From Takakia lepidozioides (taxonomy: Eukaryota > Plantae > Bryophyta): a DNA stretch of 64,000 nucleotides. Each line of letters starts with the position of its first letter. Positions within the stretch are counted from its first letter, which is position 1. Positions 38,580 to 51,391 of the stretch are shown piece after piece. Both the position numbers and the translations under genes were made by a program. The stretch covers positions 60,760,001 through 60,824,000 of the forward strand of contig CM060734.1 of the NCBI GenBank assembly GCA_030704615.1. Direction: 5' to 3'. The notes under the pieces were generated by a model. That model saw only the letters and a program-made list of their open reading frames with translations. It had not been told where the DNA came from and did no database searches.

Positions 38580-40500
38580 TTAGAAATCCTGCGTTGATGT
38601 CGTGGATGAGATTTGCCCTGTGCGCATGGCGCATCTACTGGAAAAGTGGGTTCTAAAGCAGCGGGCGCATTCCAGCATGCAAATGTGCAGAGACCACAGT
38701 GAAGAGACTGTGAATGAAAGAGAGAAACAAAACCCAGTAAGAGCTAGCATGCTCCATGGAATATGCCAGGCATGGTCCTGCTCAACCTGCAACCAGAATA
38801 GCTTCTAATCGTGCACTTGTACTCGTCGTGTTTCATCTTTTGACCCTCATGAGTCACCAACGTGCTCAGCCAGTGAGAACTGGGAAAGAGTCTTCTCAAT
38901 AGCCTCTTCAGTGCAATATTACAGCTTTCAAGGTTGCAAGGGGTGTTTTCACTTTCGAAGTTGTTGACTGGAAATGCGGCAGGACAGATGCGGGGCCAAT
39001 AGACTGCCCATTCCCTGCGTACAAGAGACAGCCACAGATTAACCACGTCTTAGGAAAACAGGCAACGTCTGCCTGTGCAGAAGTCAAGAACTCCTGCGAG
39101 ATTTTGACATCAAGTGCAGAGGCGCTGACGAGCGCTGTCCACAAGAGAAGGGCATAAAGAACCGCCTCTTCTGGCCTGGAAGAGCTCATATCCTCCAAGA
39201 AGCTCCCCTAGTGAAAAACGTTGCCCATATGCCAGAGTGATGAAGTTGCTTCTAAAGGACACGCAGAAAGAGGAATGAAGAAAGAAACAGCCTTCGCGAC
39301 GTCCACAGAGCTCTTCAAGGGCCCACGGGACGAGGTAGAACAAGGAACTCTACCAATTCCCCGGGAAGCTCAAGTGCTTCTGGGGGAAACCACCACGTAG
39401 CCTTCTGAACAGAAACAATACTTCGGTTTAAAGTATTATGTATGCGTTGAAGATGAAATGAAATGAAATGGTACTTTATAACACGGAAAGCTCAAAGAGC
39501 TTATGGGACAAAATGGAAAAAAACAAGAGGAGCTCAGAAAGTGAAAGAATGTTTGCTTCAAGTCATTCTCGAATGCTCTTCCAGTTCGTCGATCACCCAG
39601 GGTCGAGTGTTTTTATAGCACTTGCGTTTCAAGATACGCGGTACAGTAGCCCAGCCCAACCCACTTTGAAGTTCACTAGTGAAGGTATTGGCAGCAGTAG
39701 ATGCACCAGAACTTCCGTCTCTCTCCAAGCAGACTAAGGTGGCCAGGTTAGCGAGACACCGGCAGAACAACAAGAAACCCAGGAAATTCATCAATTCTTT
39801 TATTTACAGGAATAAGGCCACAAGGCAATGTCAACTTGTGTCGTAATTCTGAACAAAGCATATCCTCTCCTGCAATTGAGGTATCTGTGGAAAGATAAGC
39901 TTTCCCTTGAAAACAATGACTAAGGGAAATGCGAGATTTTTGTTCCTACAAGCCCTCTCCTGCCATGGTAGCCTCCTGCTCAGAAGGCTTGTTCTTGCCC
40001 GACGCCTCCTTTAGCTCATCACCTACAATTTCAACACGGGCCAACTCTAAAGACAGGCATCCACAGATTCGTTGACAAAAACTGTTTCTCACAAGAAATC
40101 CACCCTGCACTAACTGGCTCCCAGGGTTGGGAGACAGTGCCAACAATGGTTGACAGGGGCCTCGGCGGTTATATTGGACGAAATCTAGTTGATGCACCTC
40201 AACCACACATTAAGACATTCTGAATATAGCCCCTCAAATGGTCGGCCACTTTGTGAGATGCTAACACTGATGGAGTACTGCAGTCTAGCAACATACAGGT
40301 TTGCGGAATAGAATAGCCAGATCTTGAGATGGTCCAAATACCTTCAATGTCAGTGTCGTTGGAGAGGAAACTGGATAGTTGAGGCAAATGGCCTTCTAAA
40401 TCAATGGCATCAATGAAATAGTTGAACTCCACCCGGTCAGCTGTCTTTGTCACTCTGCACACCGGACCCAATGAACAACATCTCACCGTGAACAAGACAA
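38580..40500 (-). pseudogene. Frameshifted gene remnant, possibly (MATH)-BTB/BACK domain protein
   Basis: Protein-like segments in shifting frames, including SNFITL...LGELL/EDMSSSRPEEAVLYALLLW (BACK-like EExVxxAxxxW) and QGGFLVRN; family assignment is tentative. Confidence 0.35.
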
Positions 40501-40728
40501 AAATTTGAAGTTCCTAGAGGGACAGGAACTAGGATGGAAAGCAGTGGGGAAGGAGAAAAGATTGAAGACAATGGAGGCTGTTTGACAGAAGCAAGGAAAT
40601 GCAAATGAAGGATCACAGTGGGACCCTGGAAATCTGCGTGGAACTTCAAAGCTTCCAGTTGTTTCATGGTTGGAAAGAGGTAGATCAAGCCAAATGCATC
40701 ACACATGAGCTGAAAGTCTCATCCTCGC

Positions 40729-43624
40729 TCACATGAAGATACAGAGGGACACAATGCAAGCAAACATACGAGGAATTGGCAGAGGGTCAGACCTGCTGGA
40801 TTCACAGTGTTCGGACAGTCTCCCAGCCTCGTTCACCATTGGATTGAGATCTTCACATCCATCAATGAGCATGTCACCGAGGAGGTCACTGAAGCAATTT
40901 CCGTCTAAACACTCCAGAATGTCATCAATGTTAATTAGAGGCTCAGGCACGTGAGGGAGACTCCCGCAGACTTGGCCATCCATAGGTTTCAAAGTGGGTG
41001 AAAACATCAAATCTTCAGTGACAGATGATGAAAGAAACGATAAACACAGCACGTCCTTTTCGTCAGCTGATGAGGAAATGGAGGGAGACATAATGTTCTT
41101 GGTGTCAACTGCTGTGGAGCCTGTAGCTCGAGTGGCAGGCACAGGCTTGTCCTTCTTTGGACTCGTGAGTTTGAATGGAGAGGGTGAAGTGCTCGAGTGC
41201 TGGCATTGTCTCTCAGGTTCTTTGTTTCCAATTTGAGTAGGTTTGAGCACTCCAGCTGAAAGCACTTCACTGCTCGTATTGTGCATCCTGGCATCCATGG
41301 GTAGGATATTCTCTTTCGTGCCCCTAGACTGGTCCACAGAATTCTTGAAAGGCTTGTGGATAGGATCCATGGGTGGGATATTCTCTTTCGTGCCCCTAGA
41401 TTGGTCCACTGAATTCTTGAAAGGCTTGGGGATGGACCGTCTGCACCCCGAGACAGCCTGTGGGCTGCAGACATCTTGCAGTGGGGTGCAGCTTGACGGG
41501 CTCTCAGAGCCTTTAGCCGCAGGGCTTGTTGTTGTCGCTACTTCTGAGCAGGAACTAGTAGAGACACATGAGTTTTCCTGACAGGAGGGTTGGAGAGATG
41601 GTGTGTCCAGGTCTGGGTCACTAACTGCTTGGGTGGTTGTAAGGTCATCCATATCATCCATAACATCAGGCTTGGCTGGACTGTTGGTGGCATGGAAGGA
41701 AGAGGCACAACGGGCTGGTGGCTGCTTCGAAGACTCAGAAGGCATTTGGGGCAATTGCATAGGGTTGTTTTGAGAGGAGACCGGTGGAATGCTCAGAAAT
41801 GGGAAGGAAGGGTGAGGAGCTTGTTTCAGGTCTGGGCTTACGGGATGGTACAGGGGAGGTCGAGGCAGAGCCATGGTGCGTGACGGTCTCCGTGTGCGGT
41901 GGAGAACTCTTGGTGACATTGTTGATGTCAATGAACTGCTCCCTGCAACCACAGGAGAAAACAATGACTCGATGAATTCTGATGGCAGCATCCTGCTTTA
42001 CCTATCTTGCAAATGGTCTTTGTCTTTACAAAATGCAACAGGGGAATGGAATGGAACTTTATAATGTCCGCAGAAAGCTCAAAGAGCTTATAAGACAAAA
42101 GAAAAACAAGAAACAAGAAAGAGAACAGAAGACAAATAGTGAAGCCTGAAGCAGCCCAAAAGCAACTGCTGCTCAAGGGATTGCCTAAGGGTCAAAGCTT
42201 CATGCAGGTAGGCTGCCAAGCATTTCTGATTCTCATAATGGAAGACTTCTGTGAGAGATTGGGTTTCACGCAATAGACAGTTGAATCTCCCACGCAGTAA
42301 AAGAAGAGGGCAGTAAAAGAAGAAACGTTCTTCAGTTTTGAGAGAAAGACAGACATGCAGCAAGTGTACACGAATAGCAGCAAACCTGGAGTGGGAGCAG
42401 CTTTTGGGACGAATTGGAGACAGGCAGGAACAGAGGAACTGGCAGTCTGGCGTGGTTTCTTGCCAATTTCATGTTCGGTGGAATCTGCTTGTCCATTCCT
42501 ACCTCTACATGAGGCCTTCCGTTTGTTGGCAGCAATTTCCACTGCCTTTGTCCCTTTCCCTGTTCCAGGACAGGGATGTCCTCCCAGTGGCACTCCTGAT
42601 GTAAGGTTGCTTGGGGTAGCTACACATTTTCAAGTTGAAGGCAATGATCAGCATATTGGATAAAATTTGGATGCAAGTCCTTTGGAATGATGGAGAAGGG
42701 GCAGGGATAAGATGGAATTACGACAGAGGGCCATAAGCTGGAAGTCTTATACAAGAGCATGTCCTCAAAGACACAGGCAGATACACAGTAACACAATGTG
42801 TGAATGAGGGAAAGGAGGGAAGGATGTGATATAGATATTTCAATGAATGTGATGCAGATGGCCTTCCTGACTCTTTCAGGTAGCTCTGGCCTCACACACC
42901 AGTGTCAGCAAAGTAGGAGAAAATACATACAAACTGTGGACCATCACCGACGTTATCGCCTGCCTCTTGTGAAGCATTACCGGGGAGGAAGAGATACGCG
43001 GAACAAAGACCCACCTGAATAACAGTTGACCTGCTGCGTAGGAGGGCATGCAGCTGCGGTTGTAGGCGCACAGGGAGAAGATTGGGGGAGTGCAAGGCCT
43101 GTTTGGTGGAAGGAAAGGAGGTCTTGCATGCCCTTGACCAACCTTTCCATGTTGGTTTTCTGATGCACGAAAGACATCTTCTCTTCTCTGAGGGTAATGT
43201 ATTCGCCAAGAATGTTTGTCAAACTCCTCACTGCACGTGGTGCCTGCGAGTTTCGGTTGAGCTTAGTATTTAGGTGAATCCCTCTCTGAGTCTTAATCTT
43301 TGCAGCGTGTTTTATGCCTGTATACGAGCAGAGAGGAAGACAGGTCCCTCAGCTGAACTCCAGGTTACAATAGAAACAGTTAAATGGAAGTAGGAGACTG
43401 AGTATAAGATACTTACAGTTTTCAACGAAGAAAGGACAGGTGCTGCCTCAGCTCGAAACTGTGATAGAGTCTTGTGAAAATTCTTCTCCAGCAGATAGCT
43501 CTCAACGACGTAAGCTGCCTCAACCGCCGAGACTTTCTTGGCCCCTTTGTTCTCCATGTGTCCCCGTTTTGGTTGATCTACCGTTCTCCTTCCTTCTGGA
43601 TGTTTCCTAGTATCTGAAGCTCGG
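40729..43624 (-). CDS. LisH-motif protein with a long Ser/Pro-rich region (plant NPAT-like family)
   Basis: Exons ~43415-43624 (VSAVEAAYVVESYLLEKNFHKTLSQFRAEA), ~43021-43261 (RSLTNILGEYITLREEK...MQDLL), ~42386-42620, ~40729-42001 (acidic C-terminus FSDLLGDMLID). Confidence 0.78.
41293..41428 (-). repeat. In-frame 72-bp coding tandem duplication (KPFKNSVDQSRGTKENIxPMD x2)
   Basis: Units start at 41293 and 41365 and are near identical. Confidence 0.92.
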
Positions 43625-44599
43625 TTCGAATGGCTGGTGTCCATTTAGTTGTGGGTGGATAAATTACATGTGTAGGAAGGATACAATTGGGGCAGAAAAG
43701 TTCAGCCAACTGGGGAGGGGGAAGGCTACGGAAAAAATAATACTCAACCAGAAGGGGAAACAAAGACAAAGAGCTTGTAAGAGAAGGACTAAAGGGCATA
43801 CCACCTGCAACTTTGAATAGCTTGCAATACTGAATTTACAGAATCCCCGAAAGTACAAGAGCAGATGATACGAGTGAGAGATAAGGGAACAAATGCAGGA
43901 AAAACAGATTTAAAGACGAGCACGAGGGAAAAATTGTGTTGAATCTCAGCGCAGGTAACGTAGAGCACCAAGAGAAACAGAAGGAGAGAAAGAAAAAGAG
44001 CACAAAAAGACAGGCCTGAGGAACACAACCGAGGGATCAGAGTAGACACGAGACAAGGAAACAAAACTTCAACCGACGCCAAAATGCCAAACTACAAATA
44101 TCTCCGTGGACTTTCTCTGGTCTGGAGGCGTGTGTTGCCTCTCGGAAGAGCATCGCAGACACGAAGGGCGCGTGCAGAATTGCGAGGGAAATTTGAATAG
44201 AGACAAGAGTCGCGCGCAACCCAAACGGACGTCCGTTCCCCACATCCGGGACACCCGGGAGGACGCGCGGGGACATGTGCCTTTTTCTTTTTCTTTTCTT
44301 CTTTTTCAAAGAGGGGACAGCCGGTCCCAAACTAAGTTTCAAGTTATTACAGAAGGGCAGAATGCTTTTATTGGCTCCTCTTTATTCTAAAGAGGAGACT
44401 AAGCATCATGTCTAAAACTGCTAAGCCTCTATTGTGCCTTCCCCACGTGTCACCTCCTCTCCTTTGCTGTAAACTACGTCCATATGTGTCTTCTCCGGGT
44501 TACACCTTTTGTTTTTTTTTTAAGAAAATATTGCATTTATTCCAAAATTATGGGGAAAAAAATAAAACCCCTTTTTGTACCATGAGGGCTACACACTGT

Positions 44600-45535
44600 A
44601 GTCAGTGAGGGGTGATCAAATACCTGCCGCTAAAGTGCAGCAGTGTGTTCATAGAGAGAGGACCTCTCGAAACAACTTAGCCCTGTCCGAGAGACTTCCA
44701 AAAAAACATGTCTAAGCCTGCAGCTGAGATTACCAAGGAGCTACAACTACGCTTTAACGGAAATTTAGCCTGGAAGTAGTGGCGGGGTGCTTGACGTGTT
44801 TCCAGTTCACGTCTCTCTCAAATTCCGGCGAGGCCGTGGAGTGGAGCTTTGAGGTCTCTCCAGCGCTGATGGGGGAGCGTTCCAAACACAGTGTTCCTGC
44901 TCGTCGCTTTGACAAATGATGTCATGGCAGGCCCACGTTGCTCTGAATGTGGCATGGATTGCTGGCACCTGCCTGGGTCCTGTGACAATCTGCAACACAT
45001 TTTGCCCAAGCTTTTTTCAACTCCGTTAAAAGGTCTTTGTACACCATTGCCAACAAAGTAGAGGTACTGATTGTCTCCTTGCTAAAGGTCTTTTTACATC
45101 TAGCACGCCATAAGTGCCATAACGTAGATGCGCGAAGTGTCTCAAAGACCGGACATGGAAAGGATCGGGCCCTGGCTGTTTTGTTGTAATTAAGTAGCAG
45201 ATCCAGAGGGCCAATGGCCGAGAGGCTCCAATGCCTGTAGAAGACCTTGATCAAGGGCCAGATTTTGGCTAGAGCTGTACATGCAAGAAAGGAGTGCTCA
45301 TGAGTTTCAATGATTCCCGAGGAACAGCATCCACACAGTAAAGCTTCATGGAATTGCAACCATTCTCCCACTTTTAGGGCTCTATTCGCTACTTGCCATA
45401 AAAATGCCGAGATCTTGGCAGGCCTAATTTTTAGCCAGATAGAAGACCAGATTGATGACCAGTTCTCATTTAAGAATCCAAAGTGACTCCATTTGCTATT
45501 TCACTTAGTGGAGAGGGATGGCTGGATGCATGGGG
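44600..45535 (-). mobile_element. L1-like LINE 3' fragment (zf-RVT region)
   Basis: WSSIWLKIRPAKISAFLWQVANRAL...CGCCSSGIIETHEHSFLAC...LWHLWRARC; part recurs at ~47200-47325. Confidence 0.8.
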
Positions 45536-46223
45536 TGCACTCTTTATAAAATGTCCGTATCACTTGCGTTCGCCGCCTAATAAAAAAAACCCCTGTATAC
45601 GGGTCCTTGGATCATTATAACCCCCTCTGTACATACATTTAGAAGATTATAAAATCCCCTCCTGTAAATATATAGAAATTTGTAATTTTTAAAAAGTTCC
45701 GCCTTCTGTATGTATATTTTCTTTTCAATAATTAAAAAAATACCCTCAAATATGTATATGTATGTTTTTATATTATACCAAGTTTATTCATTTAAAAATA
45801 GAATAAAATCTAATAAATTAATTTAAAAAAAATCTGTTTGCCCTCGATAAAACTTGCTGTGGAATCTCACTTTGAACAATAATCAGATGCAGAGAGGAAA
45901 GGGACATTGTCAATGCCCGATGTGCAAGAGGCCTGAAGAAAGTTTCTATTTTCTGATATACCGTCCTGGGTATTTTCATCAGAGAGTGACCCTCTTGAAG
46001 ACCATCAAGACCTAGTCACTGCACCTATGTTCATCAACTAGGACAGTTTCTGAACTTGTTCTACAGTTTCAACCTTCGTAAGGTCCAATTATGTTCAAAA
46101 CCTACTGTTGAGAATTCCTCTCCAAAAAGAGATTTCGTGCGCCTTTGCTGCCACTGTTGGAGTCCAACCTGACTCGCAGCTGACAGAGTTCAATACATTC
46201 AATTAGGTGACAAGCATTTCATT

Positions 46224-47160
46224 TCACCAATACTCCCCACAAGAACAAACACCATTTTGGAAGTGTGTGAAAGCGGTTTGCATCCCGTACAACAATCTCT
46301 TGCTTAGCTATCTTTGAGATGAATTTGGTGGCTGTGTGGCAATCACCACACATCCGAAGATTCCTGATGATCCCCAAAGACATCCCAGAGGGTGTGTTGA
46401 TAAGCCCAAAAACAATGGCCAGCTTCTCATTGTGGTGGCAAAGAGACGATTCTTTTTAAGCTCTTCCTCAACATCATGCAATGCAAAGCGGGCTTCACCC
46501 CTTCGCACATCATTTGCTCATAGGTCTCCAAAGCCTCCATCTCGCGCCCTTACTGTGCATATCTTGTAATCATCGCACTCCACGACAGCACATCTCGTTT
46601 AGCCATACCGTTGAACACTCCCTTCATACATGTCCACGAGGGTATTGTTCAGAATGACATTTGATACAATTGCAAATCTGACAATGTCACCATGGACCTC
46701 TTTGCCCTTTTCCAGAGCTGACAGGCTTGCACACACACTTGTACACAAACGTGATGTGGTCAGGCTTCACCCCTTCCCCATCATTTGATCATAGGTCTCC
46801 AAAGCCTCCATACCACGTCCCTGCTGTGCATACCCTGCAAGCACCGCACTCCACGACACCACACCTCGTTCAGCCATGGAAACTCCCTTCGTATCCTTAA
46901 TGCACCCACATTTGGCATACATGTCCACCAAGGGAGTGTTCAGAATGACATCTGGTACAATTCCAGCTTTGACAATGTCACCATGGACCTCTTTCCCCTT
47001 TTCCAGAGCTCGCAGGCTTGGACACGCATTGCATCCTGCCAACATTATATTCCACGTGATCAAAGATCGTTGAGGCATTCTGTTGAACACTTGGTGAGCA
47101 TCAATGATGCTCCCGCACATAACTTACATGTTGACAAGGGTGTTGAGTAGAAGAACATTG
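46224..47160 (-). pseudogene. PLS-class PPR-DYW (organellar RNA-editing factor) pseudogene
   Basis: PLS repeats (MCGSIIDAHQVFNRMPQRSLITWNIML; LEKGKEVHGDIVKAGIVPDVILNTPLVDMYAKCG). DYW domain [11 protein letters not shown]...[18 protein letters not shown]...[11 protein letters not shown]...CSCGEYW*. Contains frameshifts and internal deletions. Confidence 0.88.
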
Positions 47161-47194
47161 TGGACTCCCTCTCTTGATCCTCTTTCAAAAGCTA

Positions 47195-48350
47195 AAATGG
47201 CGAGATCTTGGCATACCTAATTTTTAGCCAGATAGAAGACCAGATTGATGACCAGTTCTCATTCAAGAATCCAAAGTGACTCCATTTGCTATTCCACTTA
47301 GTGGAGAGGGATGGCTGGATGAGGGCTGGATGTTAAGAGCCCTATAAGCCATTTTTTTAAGAAAGGGGACGGAGGCCCTTTTAATCGAAAATAGGTGGTA
47401 CATTAGTGGAAAAAATAACCACTGTCAAGGGCCGTGAAGGCTTACTAGGGGGAAACTTCCCCGTGACTCTGCTGACTCGGCAACACCGAATCAGCAGAGG
47501 CAATTGGAGGTACTAGAACTTCAAGTGCACTTTAGATTTTGGGTCTCTAGCCCGTTTGTGGCACCAGTTGAATTCCGTATCCTCCCCTTCACCAAGGGAC
47601 TTCCCATTGAGTGGGGATGGACTCCTGCTATTGAACACGTAAGTTGGGAAGACAGTCTCCGAGTAGGTCACCTTTACCCAGGTATTGGCGAAATCTTGGA
47701 GCAACTTCCTCCCCCTGCGCTCTGAAGTTCTGGGAATAGCTCCACACACAACTCCCCAGGCCTTCCTCCCCTCAATAAACAGATCAAGGTAAATATTAAA
47801 TAGAATTGATCTGCCCCTGGGGGTTACCCTCATAAACCCAGGCGCATCTACTTTTCCATACATTCCATAATGTAAGGGCCCTAAGAGCAGCCCAAACAAG
47901 ACATGAAGAGGAAGGAATGTCAGGCAAACAATTGAGAAGCAGTAGGGAGGAGGGTGGTGGGGAGGGGAGAGGGCCCAGTGTGAATAGAATGTCAAGACTA
48001 CTCTCCATACCCTGGACACCAAATACACCTTCCTCAAGTAACATTTTTTATTTTTTTTGGTCTTTTAACACCTGCTAGAGCGACAGCTCACAAACAAGGG
48101 CCCTTTTTGTTTAAAAATAAATAAAGAAGGAGGGACGGTGGCCTCGATTAACTTTATAGCAGGTGGACTTAAAAAATGTCCAAGGAGTACAAAGATTGTT
48201 TGGTGGAAAAAATAACCACCAGGGCCCATCGAGGCTTACTGTGGGGAAACTACCCCGTCTCACCAAAAGACACAAAACAAGCTAAAGCCCCTTAATGGTG
48301 AGAGGAGCAATTGGATAGAGCCCACCCCCGAATTGGGGCACTACTCACAA
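47195..48350 (-). mobile_element. Cluster of L1-like LINE 3' fragments
   Basis: WAALRALTLWNVWKSRCAWVYEG; repeated 3' tails gtggaaaaaataaccac...ggcttact. Confidence 0.65.
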
Positions 48351-48420
48351 GGGGAAGAGGTTTTTTTTGTTTTTTTGTTTTTAACAGAACATGGGACAGT
48401 GGCCCTGGAAGCTTTATTAA

Positions 48421-49242
48421 CCCCTAACGGACGACAAAATCAGAAATCGATTTGCCACGATGGCAAATCGTTGGATGACCTTGGATGAAAAAACTTTCTG
48501 AGTGAAAGTTGTGCGCCGTGACGTCATGCACCTGCCTGACTTTATGGCACCCTAAAATAATAGAAGCACTCCCATCAGTAAGTTTTTAGTGTGCAGGGGT
48601 ACCCAATTCAGGGCCCTCCAGCAGCTTTGACCTACCGACGTGGCAGGATATGGGTGGTTGTACCAATGAAAATTCATTTTGCATGTAGATAGGTTAGAAA
48701 AATCATCTATGCATGTAGATAGATTAGAAAGCTTCAAATTTTTTCTGGTAGTGAGTTTCCATGTAGGGAACAATATGACCAGATGAATTCTCTTTGTGAT
48801 GAAAATTTGGACACATTTGAGGCAGATTTGGGGTCAATTGTAATGGATGGTCTTTTTGACCCACCAATTTTCCCATACAAAGCAACCCTCATCTTGTTTT
48901 TTGGTTTTGGAATTTTGGCCCAAGGTGCTGTACATGCCAGGCAATTAGAATCGGGTTATGCTGTATCAATGAAAATTCATTTTGCCAAGCCAATTGCTTG
49001 GTCAAACCACTTTTCACTCCAAAACTAGAGCACAATAAAAATTTACAGCTTGCATTTTTGTTATAATCTTTGTAATGACACGGTGAAATAAAATGAAATT
49101 CTTATAGTAAGTTCCTGAAGTAGGTAGGATTACTTACAGTTCATCCCCCTGGATGTTTGTCAAATGTCAGATATGCCCTCAAACATGAGGGCATGTTCAG
49201 TTTTGGAATGGGCTCACCAAAAACGGGCTCGTCCTTTAGGGG
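48421..49242. mobile_element. piggyBac-like MITE (822 bp) inserted in the LINE 3' end
   Basis: TIR CCCCTAA(C/A)GGACGA, 13/14 match; TTAA at 48417-48420 and 49243-49246. Removing it restores the sequence seen uninterrupted at ~2585-2660. Confidence 0.88.
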
Positions 49243-49624
49243 TTAATAAGGTAAGGAAAAAATAACCTTACAAGAATGCCATACGGCAGAAGATTGAGGT
49301 ACCACTCTGAACCAAGTATTGCGCCATCCTCGTTGGCGAATAGAGAGGATGAGCGGAGCGTATTTTTGTCGTTTTTCCAGGATATAGTCATGTGGGTAGC
49401 GGTCATGACAGAATCTGAATTCGATGAAGTGGATAATGAGTGATGGGGATGGTGTGGTAGGGGGTAGGAAAGCCATGGGTAAGCCTTGCACTACTAGAAT
49501 ATCTGGGCAAAGTCTAGCTGGACAGGTGCATGATTGAGAAATACATGTGCATGGAAGCAACCATGGTGGGACGGTGTGATCGGGTGGGCGGCCTTGGTAT
49601 GTGTCTGCGTTTAGGAGTGTGAAC

Positions 49625-50307
49625 CAGTGTTGGGCGGTTCTTGCATTTGTGAAAGAACCTTCGGTTCCGGTTCCACAATTATTTCAAGAGACAGCTCCGG
49701 ATCCCGGTTTTTTTTTATTGAGCCGGTGAACTAAAATCCAAAGATTTTATTAGTTTTCACTAACACAAAAAAAAAAAACAAAAATACTCTAAATAAACTG
49801 GTAGAAGAAAATGGGTAAGATTTTATGGGTTGAAATTACTATTCAGCTATCTGGCAAGTATTGACATCTTCTAACATTTTGATTAATGAACTTAGCCAGG
49901 ATATCATGGAGCTGGAGACTGAACCCAAGATCTCATGGCGTTGAAGCATTGAACATAGAATGTCATGGCCTTCAAGCATTGAACCCAGGATCTCATGGAG
50001 CTTGAGAGCATTAAAGAAGTTTTTGCCATGGGGCCCACCAGCTCTCCAGGGTTATGCCATGTTATGCCAAGGCCCACCAAGGGTTCAAGAACCGGAACCT
50101 GTTTTTATCCCCATACGGCCCGGTTCTCCGGTTCTCACACCCGGCAGGAACTGCCGGTTCGGTTCTGCGCCGATATCCATTGGTAGGTTCCGGTTCCGGT
50201 TCCGGGTCAGGTTCTATAGAAATGGGCCCGGTTCCGGTCCGGTTCTAGTTAACCTGAACCTGAACCGGCGGTTAACTTGGGTCCCGGCAGGTAACCGCCC
50301 AACGCTG
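49625..50307. mobile_element. hAT-family MITE (683 bp)
   Basis: TIR CAG(T/C)GTTGGGCGGTT; perfect 8-bp TSD GTGTGAAC at 49617-49624 and 50308-50315; CCGGTT subterminal repeats. Confidence 0.92.
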
Positions 50308-51391
50308 GTGTGAACCTTCTGGTTTCGGCGCGGCTAAGAAGTAGTTTGTGGATATGCTAGACTACTTGGTTATGGCGAGTGATATGGAGGCCGTGTATAA
50401 TGGGATGTCTGCATTGGCTGAGTAAGTGTGGCCAAGTGTCACATTCTTGATGAGTGTGTGAGCAGAGTGGGCAGTATGGGGATGGAAAAAGACGTGGCCA
50501 TAAAATATGCTTATGCTGGTGGCCCAGATACTACGCGTATCTGAATTTAAGGGTTCGGCGGATTTGTGCATCTGTAATGGTTTTGGTATTCCAAAAGTGG
50601 TTTGATAGTTTATGGTGTAGCACCATGGATTGTGTCCACTTCTGAATATGGACCAAGTTAGTGTGGCTAATTGATGCAACAACTTATTTGTTAGCCTCCA
50701 GGGAGAGAGTGGCAAGGAGGTTGCGAACAGATCTGGGTGCGGGTGGGTCTGGGACGGGGTGTATGAACCAAAATGGGTGAGTATGGGCGATGTGAATAGG
50801 GTCATCAGATGCGATTATAGGAGGCTTGGAAGCGCCAGCTTGAGCAAGTAAGTCGGCAGCATCGTTACCATATATCCCAGTGTGCGAGCGGACTTTGTGG
50901 AAGTTGATGGGGTGGGATTTGGAGAGAGCGAGTTGGACAATGGCAGTGATAAGATTGCGGTCGGGGTGGTGGTGGTGGGATGAAGGGCGAGCGATGTGGT
51001 TCCTGATAAGGAAGAGTGAAGTAAGACTGTCGGTGAAAATATAGTATGGGGGAGGGAAAGCATCCAGCCTTGATAGGGCCTCATAAATTGCCATAAGTTC
51101 AGTACGTAAAATTGTGGTGGGACCAAGTAGGCGGAGGGCGACGCCTTGTTGAGTGGCCGCATGATATATACCATATCCGACATTGGATTGTATGAGAGAT
51201 CCATCCGTGTAGTGAGAATGGCAGAGGGGAAATCTAAGGGGGATGTTTTGTTGGTACTTCTGGGGGATGGTGGGTGGGGCCGTGGTAGGAGCGGTATGCG
51301 GTGGGTGTGGCAGCGCTTTTAGCCATGCCTTATTAGGTTTGATATTGAGTAGAGGAGGGGGATGTTTTCGTAATTGGGGGTGGATGGGTTA

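Larger units (their letters stand above)
48361..51391 (-). mobile_element. Dualen/RandI-like non-LTR retrotransposon 3' portion (RNase H - CCHC - restriction-like endonuclease), interrupted by two MITEs
   Basis: RNase H: ELMAIYEAL, IFTDSLTSL, HKVRSHTGIYGNDAADLLA. Zinc knuckle CPLCSHTHQECDTWPHLLSQCRH followed by RHN (~50360-50480). RLE: PDIL...IEFRFCHD...EKRQKYAPL (49330-49510). T-rich tail at 48361-48382. Confidence 0.78.

Noticed and set aside
38580-40729. Continuation of the LisH gene into the downstream coding-like region
   Set aside because: Multiple stops and frameshifts; the LisH protein appears to end near 40729, so the region is treated as a separate remnant
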